A stretch of 64,000 nt of DNA, taken from NCBI GenBank assembly GCA_008632985.1, contig QPGO01000001.1, positions 838,404 through 902,403 on the forward strand, in the 5' to 3' direction. This stretch comes from Psammoneis japonica (lineage: Eukaryota). Each line of letters opens with the position of its first letter. The first letter of the stretch is position 1. The notes beneath the pieces are model-generated. The model had not been told where the DNA came from. It did not search any database and saw only the letters and a program-made list of their open reading frames with translations. The position numbers and the translations under genes were made by a program. Shown here in pieces: positions 61,749-64,000 of this stretch.

Positions 61749-63948
61749 CGAAAAACACAACTTTTTTTCTCTCCTTCCGCAGCCGTGCATCACGAGTTTA
61801 GCAATTGACGACGCTTTTGGCCTCAAACGGCGGCAAATAAGGCATCGGTAGAACCGTAATCATTGTAAGAACATGTGTGTTGCTTTGTTTGTGAAAATCC
61901 GTATTGAATTCGTCGAGAAAAGTGAATCTCGTAGGCGTTTTGCGTGCAATTTCGCGTTGGGTGTTCCCGAGAACGCGATTACTTTTTCGATTTAGCGTTA
62001 TCCTTGTACGGAGAAACGCCGAATCGCAGCTTTATTGTAATATATATGTTGCCTATATGTTGGATCTTGGGATATGTCTGTCTCGGCGTCACGACAAATC
62101 GTTTTATTGCTCATTTTTTGGTCGCTGCCGTGTGTTGTGTTTACTAGAGCTCATTGTTGTTGCTTCAAAGAGGATCCGCTCCGGGCTATCCAAGGCACGG
62201 AAAGTCTCTTTATTGTGTTTAAAAGAGATTCGTTGCTTTGAATTTTTCAAAACGGGGATCTCTGCGTCGTGAAATCATCGCAAATCTAACGGCATGTTTA
62301 CCTTTTTCTCGTTCCTTGAAGTGTAGGCTTTGTCGGGTGTTGATTATGGTCATAACCTTTCTTCCTATCTCATGGTAACAGCAGCTGAGTTGTTTGCTTC
62401 GGGGGAGGGTAACAATTTTGGAGAGGCACAAAGATGGGACATGATACATGGGGTTTGGGTTGCTCCCGGAGTTCGGCATTACACGCACAACAAGAAGCAG
62501 GCCGAATGCACCTAGACGGCATGGTGGTGTAGCACACGACGACAAGAAATTGCCGAAGGAGTATGTTGAGACTGTATTGGAAAAAGTTGGGGACAATGTA
62601 TGGCAGTATGCACAGAAGGATGGTGGGAAAATTCGTCTTCTCAAATCTGTTTGGGAAGAAGTTGATCAGATGTTTGGCCGGAGGATCAAGCATTGGTAGA
62701 AGAGCTGAAGACTCTTACGATTGCGGAGTTGTTTCGTGCGGCGCCAAAAGATGAGAACAACAAACCAAAAGAACCCGTCCTTCTACACTTGGCTGCCAAA
62801 GATGTAGACACACCGTCCGATCAATCCGTGCTACAGCAGATTTTGCGTAGGTGGGGTGGGGGAGGTATTTCATACTTAGTCATGATTGCACGATCTATAG
62901 ATTAATGGCATGACTACACACTCTAGACAGATTTCAAATAGCTTTTTATTCTAGCCAATATATGAAGTTAGCCAGGGTAGGGTTAGTTGATCGCGAATGT
63001 TGCCATTGTTGTCACACCATAGACAGCATAATGCAGTGTTACCGGCATGCCAGTAATGTCAAATAGCGCACGGCGTTACCAACTATAGCAGCCACACCTT
63101 GTCCACACAATCTACTACTAGATAGATAAGCAGCATGACTGCGCATTCTACATAGATTACAACTACAGTTTTATTATTCTAGTAAATTGCTGCTCGAGCG
63201 TTCGTGTTAATGCTCCAGCACAGCTGAGCATCCCCCGTCTTTTTCTTCTTATCATCACACCCAGGCACCCCGCACTTGCGACTATAGTTCCTTGCTTTTT
63301 GTGGCGTCATCTCTTCCAATGCCAGCTCGTGTGCCAACAACCAATTCATCCCTTCTTCATAAGAAAACCGCTTCAAGCCAGACTTGTGAACAAAGAAGTA
63401 GTACTCAATTGGATTTAAATCAGGGCTCAGCTACTGTCACCATGTTTTGAAAAATTCAAAGCAACGAATCTCTTTTAAACACAATAAAGAGACTTTCCGT
63501 GCCTTGGATAGCCCGGAGCGGATCCTCTTTGAAGCAACAACAATGAGCTCTAGTAAACACAACACACGGCAGCGACCAAAAAATGAGCAATAAAACGATT
63601 TGTCGTGACGCCGAGACAGACATATCCCAAGATCCAACATATAGGCAACATATATATTACAATAAAGCTGCGATTCGGCGTTTCTCCGTACAAGGATAAC
63701 GCTAAATCGAAAAAGTAATCGCGTTCTCGGGAACACCCAACGCGAAATTGCACGCAAAACGACTACGAGATTCACTTTTCTCGACGAATTCAGTACGGAT
63801 TTTCACAAACAAAGCAATGCACATGTTCTTACAATGATTGCGGTTCTACCGATGCCTTGTTCGCCGCCGTTTGAGGCCAAAAGCGTCGTCAATTGCAAAA
63901 CTCGGGATGTGCGGCTGCGGAAGGAGAGAAAAAAAGTTGTGGTTTTCG
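61749..63948. mobile_element. Foldback/Mutator-like element with ~505-bp inverted repeats
   Basis: 61749-62253 is the near-identical reverse complement of 63444-63948; 1.2-kb spacer has only short ORFs; no TSD identified. Confidence 0.75.
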
Positions 63949-64000
63949 GTAAAGATTTTAAAATAGAAGATTAAGGAAGCCTATGTAGAGCGGAAGGTAA

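Noticed and set aside
1..64000. Alternative genetic code (TGY/CAY read as Tyr) as the explanation for Cys/His excess
   Set aside because: Host genes use TAY normally, non-coding LTRs and TIRs show the same change, and the TE ORFs are frameshifted.

Overview
Eukaryotic genomic DNA, most likely a diatom or other stramenopile (inferred from CoDi-like Copia elements, an RNase H-bearing LINE and diatom-type orphan proteins). About two thirds of the window is transposon-derived: a 7-kb TIR DNA transposon with an ISL2EU/Harbinger-type DDE transposase and an XPG-SAP-SWIM nuclease gene, two complete and one internally deleted Ty1/Copia LTR elements with intact TSDs, LINE remnants, and three MITE/foldback elements. 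Islands of apparently intact host genes lie between them: REase/kinase-like, FHA kanadaptin-like, FkbM-methyltransferase::2OG-Fe(II) oxygenase fusion, and BBE-like FAD oxidase. The main signal is near-complete erasure of the TpA dinucleotide (TpA to TpG or CpA, i.e. A-to-G on either strand) confined to repeat-derived blocks. Conserved Tyr codons become Cys or His, TAA/TAG stops disappear, and paired LTRs/TIRs differ at TA sites. This looks like a repeat-targeted hypermutation system acting on genomic DNA, opposite in direction to fungal RIP. All counts and alignments were done by eye; no searches were run.
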